Positions 27,646-36,130 of a DNA stretch of 64,000 bases are shown here, piece after piece (the first letter of the stretch is position 1; every line of letters begins with the position of its first letter). The translations under genes were made by a program, and so were the position numbers. Source of the stretch: Actinomycetes bacterium. Its GTDB lineage: Bacteria > Actinomycetota > Acidimicrobiia > IMCC26256 > VFJJ01. The stretch is from assembly GCA_031362415.1 (NCBI GenBank), contig JANLSK010000056.1, forward strand, positions 24,814 through 88,813. Direction: 5' to 3'. Under the pieces are notes generated by a model that saw only the letters and a list, made by a program, of their open reading frames with translations, was not told the origin of the DNA and ran no database searches.

Positions 27646-27679
27646 GGTGGCCCGGGAGGCGTGGGCCTCCCGGGCCACC
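27646..27679. terminator. Perfect 15-bp GC-rich hairpin downstream of the cupredoxin gene
   Basis: ggtggcccgggaggc-gtgg-gcctcccgggccacc. There is no U-tract. It sits between the cupredoxin stop (27721) and the rex promoter region. Confidence 0.6.
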
Positions 27680-27720
27680 AGATCCAAGCCCTGCACGCCA
27701 CTCTCAGGACCCTCGCCGTC

Positions 27721-28176
27721 TCAGGCGACGGTGAGGGTGCCCGTCATCGCTGCGTGGAAGTTGCAGTGGTAGGCGTAGGTGCCTGCTGCGGCTGCGGTGT
27801 ACTCGAATGTGGCACCGCCGGCCAGGCTGCCGGAGTCGGTGGAGCCGTCGTCGAAGGTGACCGTGTGGGCAGCGCCGTCGTCGTTGGTGAAGACGATGGT
27901 GGAGCCGACGGTCGCGCTCAGCGCGGCCGGTGAGAACGCGAAGTCCTTGATGGACACCGCGGCCCCCTCGGCCGGAGCCTCGTCGGCAGGCACCGCATCG
28001 CCCGCCGAGTCGTCGCCCGCGGGCGGGACCGTCGTGGTGTCGTCGGCCGGAGTCGTGGTGCCGTCGGTGCTGACTGACGTCTCGGTGCCCCCGCCCGAGT
28101 CGTCGTCGTCGCCGCAGGCCGCCAGAGCCAGGATGGCTGTGGCCGAGATGGCCAGGAGCATTCGATGGTGACGCAT
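27721..28176 (-). CDS. Cupredoxin (amicyanin/halocyanin-like type-1 copper) lipoprotein
   Basis: A lipobox (ILALAAC) is followed by a D/T/G-rich linker. The copper ligand pattern is HTVTF ... YHCNFHAAM (C-x2-H-x2-M). ATG 28176 follows an SD AAGGGGA. Confidence 0.8.
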   Translation of the reverse strand: MRHHRMLLAISATAILALAACGDDDDSGGGTETSVSTDGTTTPADDTTTVPPAGDDSAGDAVPADEAPAEGAAVSIKDFAFSPAALSATVGSTIVFTNDDGAAHTVTFDDGSTDSGSLAGGATFEYTAAAAGTYAYHCNFHAAMTGTLTVA

Positions 28177-28313
28177 GTGATGTCCCCTTGATTGTGGATG
28201 CAATGGTCCGACCCGGCGAACCCACTGACATGGTCGCGAGCTCGACCGCCGGGCGCTCGACGGTAGCGCCCAAGCGGAGCGGCCTTGGTTCACCCCGCTA
28301 CGCTCGCTCCACC

Positions 28314-29048
28314 ATGGTCTCGGGCCTGGCCTTTCTCGCCACCGCCATCGCCACGCTGTTCTGGGAGGCGATGCTGGTCCGCTACACGCGGCGCCGTCGA
28401 CCCCATGAGGGGGTCTGGACGGTCGCTCTGGCCATGTTCGCCGGAGCGACGACCGCCCTGGCGGTCGGGGCCTCCACCGGCTGGGATGCGCCGACGTTCC
28501 GGGTCTTCTACCTCCTGGGAGCCATCCTCAACGTCCCCTGGCTGGCCCTGGGCACGATCTACCTGCTGGGCTCGGAGCGTCTGGCCCGGGCCTGTCGAAC
28601 GGTGCTGCTGCTGTTCACCGGGGTGGCCATCGGGGCGGTGTTCGTGGCCCCGATCAAGGGCGTCGTGCCCCGCACCGTGATCCCCTCGGGCCACGATCTC
28701 TTCGGCCCGTTCCCGCGCATCCTGACCGCAATCGGCAGCGGCGTCGGCGCCATCGTCATCCTCGTCGGAGCGATTTGGTCGATCTGGTCGGCGCTGCGGG
28801 AAGCGCGGACCGGTGCTGCTCCGAGGCACGATGGCGTCGCCTCGCCGGTCCGCACCGCATGGTCGAACGGGGCCATCGCGCTGGGAACGCTCGTACTGTC
28901 GTCGGGTGGCCTCTGGCAGGGCATCGTGGGCGACGACGAGGCCTTCACCATCTCCCTGGTGCTGGGGATCGCCGTGATCCACCTGGGGTTCGTGATCTCG
29001 ACCCGGAACGCCGAGTCCACCCGGACCCTGGCGCCCGTCGGAGGCTGA
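28314..29048 (+). CDS. Hypothetical polytopic membrane protein (~7 TM)
   Basis: Consistently hydrophobic helices and high GC3. No family was recognised. The start is uncertain: the ORF opens at 28188 and ATG 28314 precedes the first TM helix. Confidence 0.6.
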   Translation: MVSGLAFLATAIATLFWEAMLVRYTRRRRPHEGVWTVALAMFAGATTALAVGASTGWDAPTFRVFYLLGAILNVPWLALGTIYLLGSERLARACRTVLLLFTGVAIGAVFVAPIKGVVPRTVIPSGHDLFGPFPRILTAIGSGVGAIVILVGAIWSIWSALREARTGAAPRHDGVASPVRTAWSNGAIALGTLVLSSGGLWQGIVGDDEAFTISLVLGIAVIHLGFVISTRNAESTRTLAPVGG

Positions 29049-29175
29049 GTCCAGGCTTCGTCCCCATTTGCCCACTCTCCGTGGTGAATCGGGTTCAAGC
29101 GTCGGACGGGGTACCGCCGATACATCTTCTGGAACACGAAACGCCGGCCTCACCGCAGCGAATCAGGTTCCGACA

Positions 29176-29316
29176 GGCCGTCACCGCCGGGGTTCCGGTA
29201 CGTGGGGGTGGGCGTGTTGTCCGGTCGTACCCATCCGGGGACGATCGGGCAGACAGCCTCCCAGCCCGCCCCGACCACGCCCACCCCCTCGACGGGAACC
29301 CCGGCGAGTGACGGTC
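29176..29316. repeat. 141-bp long imperfect inverted repeat (41-bp arms, 59-bp spacer)
   Basis: The left arm (29176-29216) pairs with the right arm (29276-29316). The pairing is a 13-bp perfect inner stem (gggggtgggcgtg/cacgcccaccccc), an internal loop, a 12-bp perfect stem (cgccggggttcc/ggaaccccggcg), a 1-nt bulge and a 9-bp stem with one mismatch. Confidence 0.85.
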
Positions 29317-29384
29317 TCGTCTTCCAACTGCCCCCGCCGTGTGCGCTCCGGCGATCACCCCTCCGGCGTCGGCCCGGGTGCGGG

Positions 29385-29474
29385 TCAGCGGCTCTGGAAC
29401 ACGAACTGGATGATCGCCGCGCCCAGGATCATGGCGAGCAGGATGGCGATGGCGATGGTGGTGCCGGACCGCAT
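29385..29474 (-). CDS. Possible 29-aa single-TM micro-protein (MRSGTTIAIAILLAMILGAAIIQFVFQSR)
   Basis: The ATG is preceded at 8 nt by GAGGAG (29488-29483). The ORF has GC3-rich codons and a hydrophobic core. It is below the ORF-track length cutoff. Confidence 0.4.
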   Translation of the reverse strand: MRSGTTIAIAILLAMILGAAIIQFVFQSR

Positions 29475-29486
29475 GGGCGTGACTCC

Positions 29487-29523
29487 TCAGGGATTCAGGG
29501 ATTCAGGGATTCAGGGATTCAGG
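29487..29523. repeat. Octanucleotide tandem repeat (TCAGGGAT) x4.6
   Basis: Four exact 8-bp units plus a 5-nt partial unit. The last unit contains the DUF62 stop codon and the first overlaps the SD of the micro-ORF. Confidence 0.95.
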
Positions 29524-30334
29524 TGGGAGGGAGCAGCGTGACGGGGGTGTTGGCGTGCAGGTGCAGGGCCTCGGCGGCCGACGCCTGGTTGAGCGCCAGC
29601 GCAACGAGCCCATAGCTGTCGACGAGGGCCACCAGCTCGGCCGGACGGGCGTCGGCGAAGGTGCCGACCCAACGGGCCAGCCGGGTCTGGTCGCGCACCT
29701 TCACCTCGATCGCCGCGCCGACGTCGAACCCGAGCTGGCGCAGCTCGTCGGGCTCCACGTTGAGCTGGGCGTTGCCGTAGCCGTCGATCCAGAGGACCTC
29801 GCCGGCGATGCCGTCACCGTGGGGACGTGTGAGCGGCAGGATCGACGGCATCAGCCCGTGCACGTCGATGGGATCGCCCAGGTCGAACAGCTCGACGCCC
29901 GTCGCCAGCGTGGCTGCGGCCGGGGCGAAGATGTCACGACCGGCAAAGGTGGGGCCGGCGGCCTCGATGTGGTAGTCGGTGTTGGTGAGCGACACGGCAC
30001 GCGACGCCCCGCCGAGCATGGCGACCGCCGGGGCCAGCAGCCCGTTGTCGGGGCCCACCAGGAAGCCCGTCTCGACCTCGACGGCGATGGCCCGACGGGC
30101 GGTACCCACGGTGGGGTCGACGACGGCGAGGATCACGCCCGGAGGCAGGTACTGCGCAGCCCGGGCCAGGGTGAGCGAACCGGCACGCACGTCGAAGGCG
30201 GCGATGTCGTGGGTGACGTCGATGATCGCCACGCCGGAGGCCAGGCGCATCATCACGGCCTTGCACACGCCGACGAACTCGTCGCGGGTGCCGTAGTCGG
30301 AGAGGAAGGAGATGACGCTGGGCGCTTCGGCCAT
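29519..30334 (-). CDS. SAM hydrolase / SAM-dependent halogenase family protein (DUF62, adenosyl-hydroxide transferase-like)
   Basis: Motifs are ISFLSDYGTRDEFVGVCKAVM, VVDPTVGT, GPDNGLL, GRDIFAPAAA and VLWIDGYGN. ATG 30334 was chosen. Confidence 0.75.
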   Translation of the reverse strand: MAEAPSVISFLSDYGTRDEFVGVCKAVMMRLASGVAIIDVTHDIAAFDVRAGSLTLARAAQYLPPGVILAVVDPTVGTARRAIAVEVETGFLVGPDNGLLAPAVAMLGGASRAVSLTNTDYHIEAAGPTFAGRDIFAPAAATLATGVELFDLGDPIDVHGLMPSILPLTRPHGDGIAGEVLWIDGYGNAQLNVEPDELRQLGFDVGAAIEVKVRDQTRLARWVGTFADARPAELVALVDSYGLVALALNQASAAEALHLHANTPVTLLPPT

Positions 30335-30431
30335 GCTCCAAGGATCGGCGACGCCCCCGAGCCCGGACGAACCGGGTGCTCGATTTCCTCGGGCCCCTCG
30401 GGTCCCTCGGCCGCTGGCCTGCGGACCCTGA

Positions 30432-30626
30432 CTACGCCGTCTCGGTGTAGCGCGACTCGAGGTAGGCGTCGACATCGGTGTCGCGGACCCGGAACGACCG
30501 ACCGACGCGTACCGCGGGCAGCTCACCGGCCTTGATGAGGCGGTAGATCGTCATCGACGACACGCGCATGAGGTCGGCGACCTCTTGGACCGTCAAGAAC
30601 CGGGCCTTGGCGAACGACTCCGTCAT
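30432..30626 (-). CDS. Small excisionase/MerR-type helix-turn-helix DNA-binding protein
   Basis: 64 aa. FLTVQEVADLMRVSSMTIYRLIKAGELPAVRVGRSFRV is a classic excisionase-family HTH. The position next to proC is conserved in actinobacteria. Confidence 0.8.
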   Translation of the reverse strand: MTESFAKARFLTVQEVADLMRVSSMTIYRLIKAGELPAVRVGRSFRVRDTDVDAYLESRYTETA

Positions 30627-30885
30627 GATGATGTGCCTCTGTTCCCTTGGTTGGTAAGGAGCTGCTCGGCCGCTGAGCTGGGGTGTCGCGGGCTGCTGTC
30701 GCCGCCTGCCGGCACGCTAGGCCGAGTGGTGCGAGATGTCCACTGGGAACAGTGTGTCACATGTTGCTGGGGTGGCTGCACGGCGGCCCGGAAGCCCGAC
30801 GCCCCCGCCGAAGCCTGTGCCGACGCCCTGGCCGAAGGCTCTCGGCTCCCAGCCGACCACGAACGTCGGCGTCTCAGGTAACCGC

Positions 30886-31695
30886 TCAGGTACCGGTGCC
30901 GAGCTGGCGCGAGCGCTCGGTGGCCGCGCTCACCGCGTCGAGGAAGGCCGCCCGGACGGCGTGGGACTCCAGGGCCCGGAGACCGGCGGCGGTGGTGCCT
31001 CCGGGCGAGGTGACCGCCGCACGCAGCGCCTCGGGCCCGTCCGGGCCCTGGGCCAGCAGGACGGCCGATCCCAGGAGGGTCTCGATGGTGAGCGTGGTGG
31101 CCACGTCACGGGGGAGGCCGTTCAACACGCCGGCCTCGATGAGGGCCTCGACCACGAGGAACACGTAGGCCGGACCCGATCCCGAGAGCCCGGTCACGGC
31201 GTCGAGGTGGCGCTCGGGCACCCGCACCACGATTCCCACCGCTTCCAGGATGGCCGCCGCCCGGTCGAGGTGATCGGCGGTTGCGCTGGTGCCCGCAGCG
31301 ATGGCCGTGACGCCCTTGCGCACGAGCGCCGGGGTGTTCGGCATCGCCCTCACGACGGGCTGGCCGACCAGGTGGGCCTCGATGCTCGCGATGGTGACGC
31401 CGGCCGCGATGGACAGCACCAGCGTGTCGAGGGTCACGGCGCCCGCCACCTCGTCGAGGGCCGCAGCCACGTCGCCGGGCTTGACGGCGACGACCACGAC
31501 CGATGCGCCCCGGGCCGCCCCTGCGGTGCTGGCGTCGACCGTCACCCCCGGGAATGCCGCGGCCAACTCAGCCCGGCGTGAGGGCACCACCTCGGCCACG
31601 GCAATGTCGCCGGCCCGATGGCCGCCCTGGAGCAGACCCCCGATCAGGACCTCGCCCATCCGTCCGCCACCCACCACCGTCAGCCGCGCCGTCAT
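30886..31695 (-). CDS. proC: Pyrroline-5-carboxylate reductase
   Basis: An N-terminal Rossmann segment (VVGGGRMGEVLIGGL) and the C-terminal signature VTSPGGTTAAGLRALE. Confidence 0.9.
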   Translation of the reverse strand: MTARLTVVGGGRMGEVLIGGLLQGGHRAGDIAVAEVVPSRRAELAAAFPGVTVDASTAGAARGASVVVVAVKPGDVAAALDEVAGAVTLDTLVLSIAAGVTIASIEAHLVGQPVVRAMPNTPALVRKGVTAIAAGTSATADHLDRAAAILEAVGIVVRVPERHLDAVTGLSGSGPAYVFLVVEALIEAGVLNGLPRDVATTLTIETLLGSAVLLAQGPDGPEALRAAVTSPGGTTAAGLRALESHAVRAAFLDAVSAATERSRQLGTGT

Positions 31696-31746
31696 GGCCC
31701 AGAGGGTACGCCGCGCCCCGAGCCGACTCCCGCCCGGAACCGGCGC

Positions 31747-32364
31747 CTACAGGAACGACGTGGGGTCGAACAGGTCGATGTCGATGATCCGTACCCGTGG
31801 CAGCACGTGGTTGAAGCACCGGGCGTCGTCCTCGAGGTCGAAGATCTGCAGCCCGCCGGCCGTGAGCTCGTTGTACTTCGAGTTCACGAACTCACGAAAC
31901 GCCAGGAGCCCCACCTGGCGGTCGCCGCCGAGCAGTGCGGTGAGCTGGGGTAGGAAATCGCCGTCGTGGCTTCCGAGGATGACGTGGCCCGGGCGGGTGG
32001 CCAGGGCCTCGAGCGTACGTTGGATGCCGACGTCGACGACCTTGACGCCGACGGGGCCCGAGAGCGGGATCGGCCGCAGCCCCATGGCCTGGAGGGCCTG
32101 GATGAACGAGGCCGGAAGGTTGCCGGAGCTGGCGTTGATGAAGAACAGCGCCTTCACCGGATGACCCCAGGTGCTTCGAGCGAAGTCGAGCACGCGCTCC
32201 CAGCGGGGTCGCTCTTCCGGTGCCGGGCGACGCCCGAGGACACTGATGCCGAGCGTGGCGTCGAGGTTCTCGCCGTCGAGCAGGAGGTACGTGACCGGCT
32301 CCGTCGATGGGGCCATGTCGTCGACGGCGACCTGCGGCGACAGACTCGGCTCGCTCTCGATCAT
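31747..32364 (-). CDS. NYN/LabA-like (PIN-related) domain protein
   Basis: Motifs are YLLLDGENLD, VDVGIQRTLEAL and VILGSHDGDFLPQL. Assignment is by eye and moderately confident. Confidence 0.5.
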   Translation of the reverse strand: MIESEPSLSPQVAVDDMAPSTEPVTYLLLDGENLDATLGISVLGRRPAPEERPRWERVLDFARSTWGHPVKALFFINASSGNLPASFIQALQAMGLRPIPLSGPVGVKVVDVGIQRTLEALATRPGHVILGSHDGDFLPQLTALLGGDRQVGLLAFREFVNSKYNELTAGGLQIFDLEDDARCFNHVLPRVRIIDIDLFDPTSFL

Positions 32365-32433
32365 CGATCTCCCTCGGCGTGGTGGACGACGCCGATCGTA
32401 CGACGTCGGGGCTCGCCCACCCGAGCGCCGTGG

Positions 32434-33210
32434 CTAGAGCATCAGGCCGCCGCCGACGGTGAAGACCTCGCCGTGGCAGTACGGCACCTCGTCGCTCAGG
32501 ATCCACGCCGCGGTGGCGGCGATCTCCTCGGGGGAGGCGTAGCGGCCGAGCGGGACGGCCTGGGCCATCACCGACTGGAAGGCCGGGCCGTCCATCCCGG
32601 CCAGGGCGCCCAGGCCGTCCTCGAGCGAGCGCATCATCCGGGTGTCGACCACGCCGGGGCACAGCGTGTTGACCCGGATGCCGAGCGGTCCGACCTCCAG
32701 CCCGAGCGAGCGGGCCATGCCCAGTACGGCGTGCTTGGAGGCGTTGTAGACCGCCGTCCCCGCGTTGCCCTGGAGCCCGGCGATCGAGGAGGTGACGAGG
32801 ATCGCACCCCCGTCGCCGTGGGCCAGGATGCCCTTCACAGCGGCCTGGGCGCTGAAGAAGGCCCCGAGCACGTTGACGTTGAAGACCCGGTGGTAGTCGG
32901 CTGCGCTGAAGTCGGCGATCGTGGCCACCTCGCATTCGACGCCTGCGTTGACGTGCGCGAGATCGAGGCGGCCGAAGGTGGAGATGGCCGCATCGACACC
33001 GCGGGCTGCGCCCTCGGCGGTGGTGATGTCGGAGCCCACGCCGACGGCCTCGCCGGGCAGGGAGGCGGCAACCCGCTGGGCCGCGACCTCGTCGATGTCG
33101 GACACCACGACCCGGGCGCCTTCCTCCGAGAGCCGCCGGGCTGTCGCCGACCCGATGCCGCCCGCAGCCCCCGTGACCAGTACCGCCTTGCCCGCCAGAC
33201 CTCGCAACAT
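32434..33210 (-). CDS. Short-chain dehydrogenase/reductase (SDR)
   Basis: The cofactor motif is VTGAAGGIG, with NNAG-like NAGV and the catalytic Y-x3-K in YNASKHAV. ATG 33210 follows an SD GGGAGG. Confidence 0.85.
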   Translation of the reverse strand: MLRGLAGKAVLVTGAAGGIGSATARRLSEEGARVVVSDIDEVAAQRVAASLPGEAVGVGSDITTAEGAARGVDAAISTFGRLDLAHVNAGVECEVATIADFSAADYHRVFNVNVLGAFFSAQAAVKGILAHGDGGAILVTSSIAGLQGNAGTAVYNASKHAVLGMARSLGLEVGPLGIRVNTLCPGVVDTRMMRSLEDGLGALAGMDGPAFQSVMAQAVPLGRYASPEEIAATAAWILSDEVPYCHGEVFTVGGGLML

Positions 33211-33635
33211 CGTGCCTCCCGATTCGGTCCCGTGACGGTCGGCCCCGAAGACGGTCGTCCCGCATGGAAGCCTGAGCGTCAGTGGCAGCCCGAGCGTATC
33301 GACACCCACCCGCTCGGCGCCTCCGAACGCGAACGGGCCCGAGGAACCATCGGACCACTCCGCACTTCCCCGAACGGAGTGATCGTCCTGCACCTCGGGC
33401 CTCGTCGTTGGCAGTTCCGTCGAGGCTTGTGGGCACCCGCCGGAACAGCGGACCGGACCCTAGCCGTGACCCTCGGAGCCGACAAGGGGGCATGTGACGT
33501 TTGCCCGAAGAGCCGGGAAACGGTGCGCCCCGACGGCGTCTCGACGGCACCTGACCGTCCGTCTCGGGGCCCACCGCGTGCCTCGTCGTCCCGCCCCGTC
33601 GCCCCATGCGGTCGGGCCGGGAACCAGTCGTCACA

Positions 33636-34901
33636 ATGGATGGCGTGGATGTGAGCGGGCAGCGATGGGACGTGCTCGTCGTCGGCGGCGGACCGGCCGG
33701 AGCCGCAGCGGCGTACTGGTTGGCGACGGCCGGGCATCGGGTCCTCGTCGTCGAGAAGAAGCGCTTCCCTCGGGAGAAGACCTGCGGTGACGGGCTCACG
33801 CCGCGAGCCGTCCACCAACTCGAGGAGATGGGGCTGGCGTCGGGGCTGGTGCCGTTCCACCGCTACGACGGGCTCCGGGCCGTGGCCCACGGCATCACCA
33901 TCGAGCTGAAGTGGCCCGAGCACCCGGTGTTCCCGTCGTACGGCTACGTGGTCCGACGTCGCGATCTCGATCAGATGGTCGCCGATCGGGCCGTCGAGGC
34001 CGGAGCGGTGTGCTGGCAGGAAGCCGAGGCCACGGCCCCGCTCCTCGAATCGGGGCTGCTCGCCGGGGCGATCGTCAAGCGCAAGGACCGGGGGACGGTC
34101 GAGGAGGTGCGGGCCCGCTACGTGGTCGTGGCCGACGGGGCCAACTCCCGCTTCGGACGGGCCCTGGGCACCAGTCGCGACCGGCGCCGCCCCCAAGGGA
34201 TGGCCATTCGCGGCTACTTCGCCAGCCCCCTCCACGACGAGCCCTGGATCGAGTCTGCCCTCGACGTTCGTGATCGCTCGGGTGCCTCCCTTCCCGGGTA
34301 CGGCTGGATCTTCCCGGTCGGCGACGGGACGGTCAACGTCGGCCTCGGCCTGCTGTCCACGTTCAAGGGCTGGAAGGACGTCAACACCACCCACCTGTTG
34401 AGCGAGTTCGCGGCCACGGCGCCGGAGTACTGGGGCATCTCGCCCGAGACGGCCTGCGGCGCGCCGACCGGGGGCCGTCTGCCCATGGGGGGCTCGGTGC
34501 ACCCCAAGCTCGGGCCCACCCATCTCGTGGTGGGCGACGCCTCCGGGGCCATCAACCCCTTCAACGGCGAGGGCATCGACTACGCCTACGAGACCGCCCG
34601 TGCCGCGGCCCGGTGCATCGACGACGCGCTCACGAGCGGTTCGGGGCTGGCGCTGCAGCAGTACCAGCGGTGGCTCGACGACGAGTACGCGATCTACTTC
34701 AAGGTGGCCCGGGCCTTCGCCCACGTGATCGGGAACCCGGCGCTCATGCGCGAGCTCACCCGGGTCGGGATGCAGTCGCGCACGCTCATGGAGTGGGTGC
34801 TGCGGATCATGGCCAACCTCTTGCGGCCCGACGAGCTGGGCGCCGCCGAGGCCGTCTATCGCAGTGTCGCCGCCCTGGCCCGGCTGGCCCCCGTCGACTG
34901 A
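33636..34901 (+). CDS. Geranylgeranyl reductase-family FAD-dependent oxidoreductase
   Basis: Motifs are WDVLVVGGGPAGAAAAYWLA, KTCGDGLTPRA and GDASGAINPFNGEGI. It lies directly upstream of nuoA. Confidence 0.8.
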   Translation: MDGVDVSGQRWDVLVVGGGPAGAAAAYWLATAGHRVLVVEKKRFPREKTCGDGLTPRAVHQLEEMGLASGLVPFHRYDGLRAVAHGITIELKWPEHPVFPSYGYVVRRRDLDQMVADRAVEAGAVCWQEAEATAPLLESGLLAGAIVKRKDRGTVEEVRARYVVVADGANSRFGRALGTSRDRRRPQGMAIRGYFASPLHDEPWIESALDVRDRSGASLPGYGWIFPVGDGTVNVGLGLLSTFKGWKDVNTTHLLSEFAATAPEYWGISPETACGAPTGGRLPMGGSVHPKLGPTHLVVGDASGAINPFNGEGIDYAYETARAAARCIDDALTSGSGLALQQYQRWLDDEYAIYFKVARAFAHVIGNPALMRELTRVGMQSRTLMEWVLRIMANLLRPDELGAAEAVYRSVAALARLAPVD

Positions 34902-34995
34902 GCCGTCTCGGGCGGGCCCTGGCCTCCAGGCGATCGCGTGCTGTGGCCGGCATCGATGTCGATGGTTCACTCGACAGGGGTGAGACTTCGCTAGC

Positions 34996-35484
34996 GTGGT
35001 CTCGATGGACGCATACCTTCCGCTTGTGGTGATGGTGATCCTGGGACTCCTGTTCGCGGCGGGGTCGTTCGTGGCGTCCACCTGGGCTGCGCCGTCCAAG
35101 CCCACGACGGCCAAGCGTGCGCCCTACGAGTGCGGGATCGTGCCCGAGACCGAGCCGGCCGAGCGGTTCCCGGTTCGCTTCTACCTCGTGGCCATGATCT
35201 TCATCGTCCTCGACATCGAGATCGTCTTCCTCTACCCGTTCGCCGTGATCCTCAGCGACCTCGGTGCCTTCGGGTTGGTGGAGATGGGGATCTTCGTGCT
35301 CGCGGTGGTGGTCGCGTTCGGCTACGTCCTGGCCTCGGGCGCCCTCGAATGGGGTCCGGTGCGCATCGCCGAGCGTTTTGCCACGCCCGTCCTGCGGGCC
35401 CAGGGCATGCCGCGCCCTCCCGAGCCCGACGCTGCCGCCGACGGCGAGAACGACGCTGCGCCGCAACCGGGAAGGGCGGCCTAG
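34996..35484 (+). CDS. nuoA: NADH-quinone oxidoreductase subunit A
   Basis: Three TM helices with the motifs PYECG and FDIEIVFLYP. It is the first of 14 co-directional nuo genes and has a C-terminal extension. Confidence 0.9.
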   Translation: MVSMDAYLPLVVMVILGLLFAAGSFVASTWAAPSKPTTAKRAPYECGIVPETEPAERFPVRFYLVAMIFIVLDIEIVFLYPFAVILSDLGAFGLVEMGIFVLAVVVAFGYVLASGALEWGPVRIAERFATPVLRAQGMPRPPEPDAAADGENDAAPQPGRAA

Positions 35485-35487
35485 GGC

Positions 35488-36018
35488 ATGGGGCTCGAGC
35501 AACTCAGCCAGAACTTCGTCACCGCTCGCCTCGAGAGCCTCATCAACTGGGGCCGCAAGAGCTCGGTGTGGCCGGCCACGTTCGGGCTGGCCTGTTGCGC
35601 GATCGAGATGATGGCCTCCGGGGCTGCCCACTACGACCTCTCCCGCTTCGGGATGGAGCTGTTCCGGGCCAGCCCCCGTCAGGCCGACCTCATGATCGTC
35701 GCCGGCCGGGTGAGCCAGAAGATGGCACCCGTCCTGCGTCAGGTCTACGACCAGATGGCCGAGCCCAAGTGGGTCATCAGCATGGGCGTGTGCGCCAGCA
35801 CCGGCGGGAAGTTCAACAACTACGCCATCGTGCAGGGGGTCGACCAGATCGTGCCGGTCGACGTGTACGTTCCCGGATGCCCACCCGGCCCCGAGACCCT
35901 GCTCCACGGCATCCTCACGCTCCACGAAAAGATCCAAGACGGCGAGATCTTCCGGCGACGCGAGTCGTCGGTCACCGGGGGCGCAGCGTTGACCCTCGAG
36001 GCAGCGGCCAGGACCTGA
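35488..36018 (+). CDS. nuoB: NADH-quinone oxidoreductase subunit B
   Basis: The N2-cluster cysteines lie in [16 protein letters not shown] and PGCPPGPE. Confidence 0.95.
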   Translation: MGLEQLSQNFVTARLESLINWGRKSSVWPATFGLACCAIEMMASGAAHYDLSRFGMELFRASPRQADLMIVAGRVSQKMAPVLRQVYDQMAEPKWVISMGVCASTGGKFNNYAIVQGVDQIVPVDVYVPGCPPGPETLLHGILTLHEKIQDGEIFRRRESSVTGGAALTLEAAART

Positions 36019-36130
36019 GGTTCGGGGCGCGAGCGACGGGGTGCCATCGCCGGGCGGCGCAGTACCAGGGCACCACGGGCACCACCCGGAGAACACAGCG
36101 ACAGCAGAACCACTCAGCAGGCGGGGGAAC

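Noticed and set aside
28177-28313. TTGTGGATGCAATGG in the cupredoxin/membrane-protein divergent region as a fourth Rex site.
   Set aside because: Only the left half-site resembles the consensus, and the right half is absent.
29487-29523. The tandem octamer array as a possible CRISPR or minisatellite locus.
   Set aside because: The units are contiguous with no spacers and are only 8 bp long. This is a microsatellite, not a CRISPR array, and no cas genes are present.
30335-30431. A search for the tiny basic ribosomal protein bS22 gene, which follows proC and the HTH gene in mycobacteria.
   Set aside because: No Lys/Arg-rich ~33-codon ORF exists downstream of the HTH gene. The only nearby micro-ORF (29385-29474) is hydrophobic rather than basic.
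30753-30761. The TGTGTCACA palindrome between proC and the small HTH gene, as a possible operator.
   Set aside because: It is only 9 bp and single-copy, matches no known consensus, and is too short to distinguish from chance.
34966-34984. TTCAC-N9-GTGAG upstream of nuoA1 as a possible Rex site.
   Set aside because: The half-sites are in the wrong relative order and spacing for the GTGAA-N4-TTCAC operator, so it was not called.
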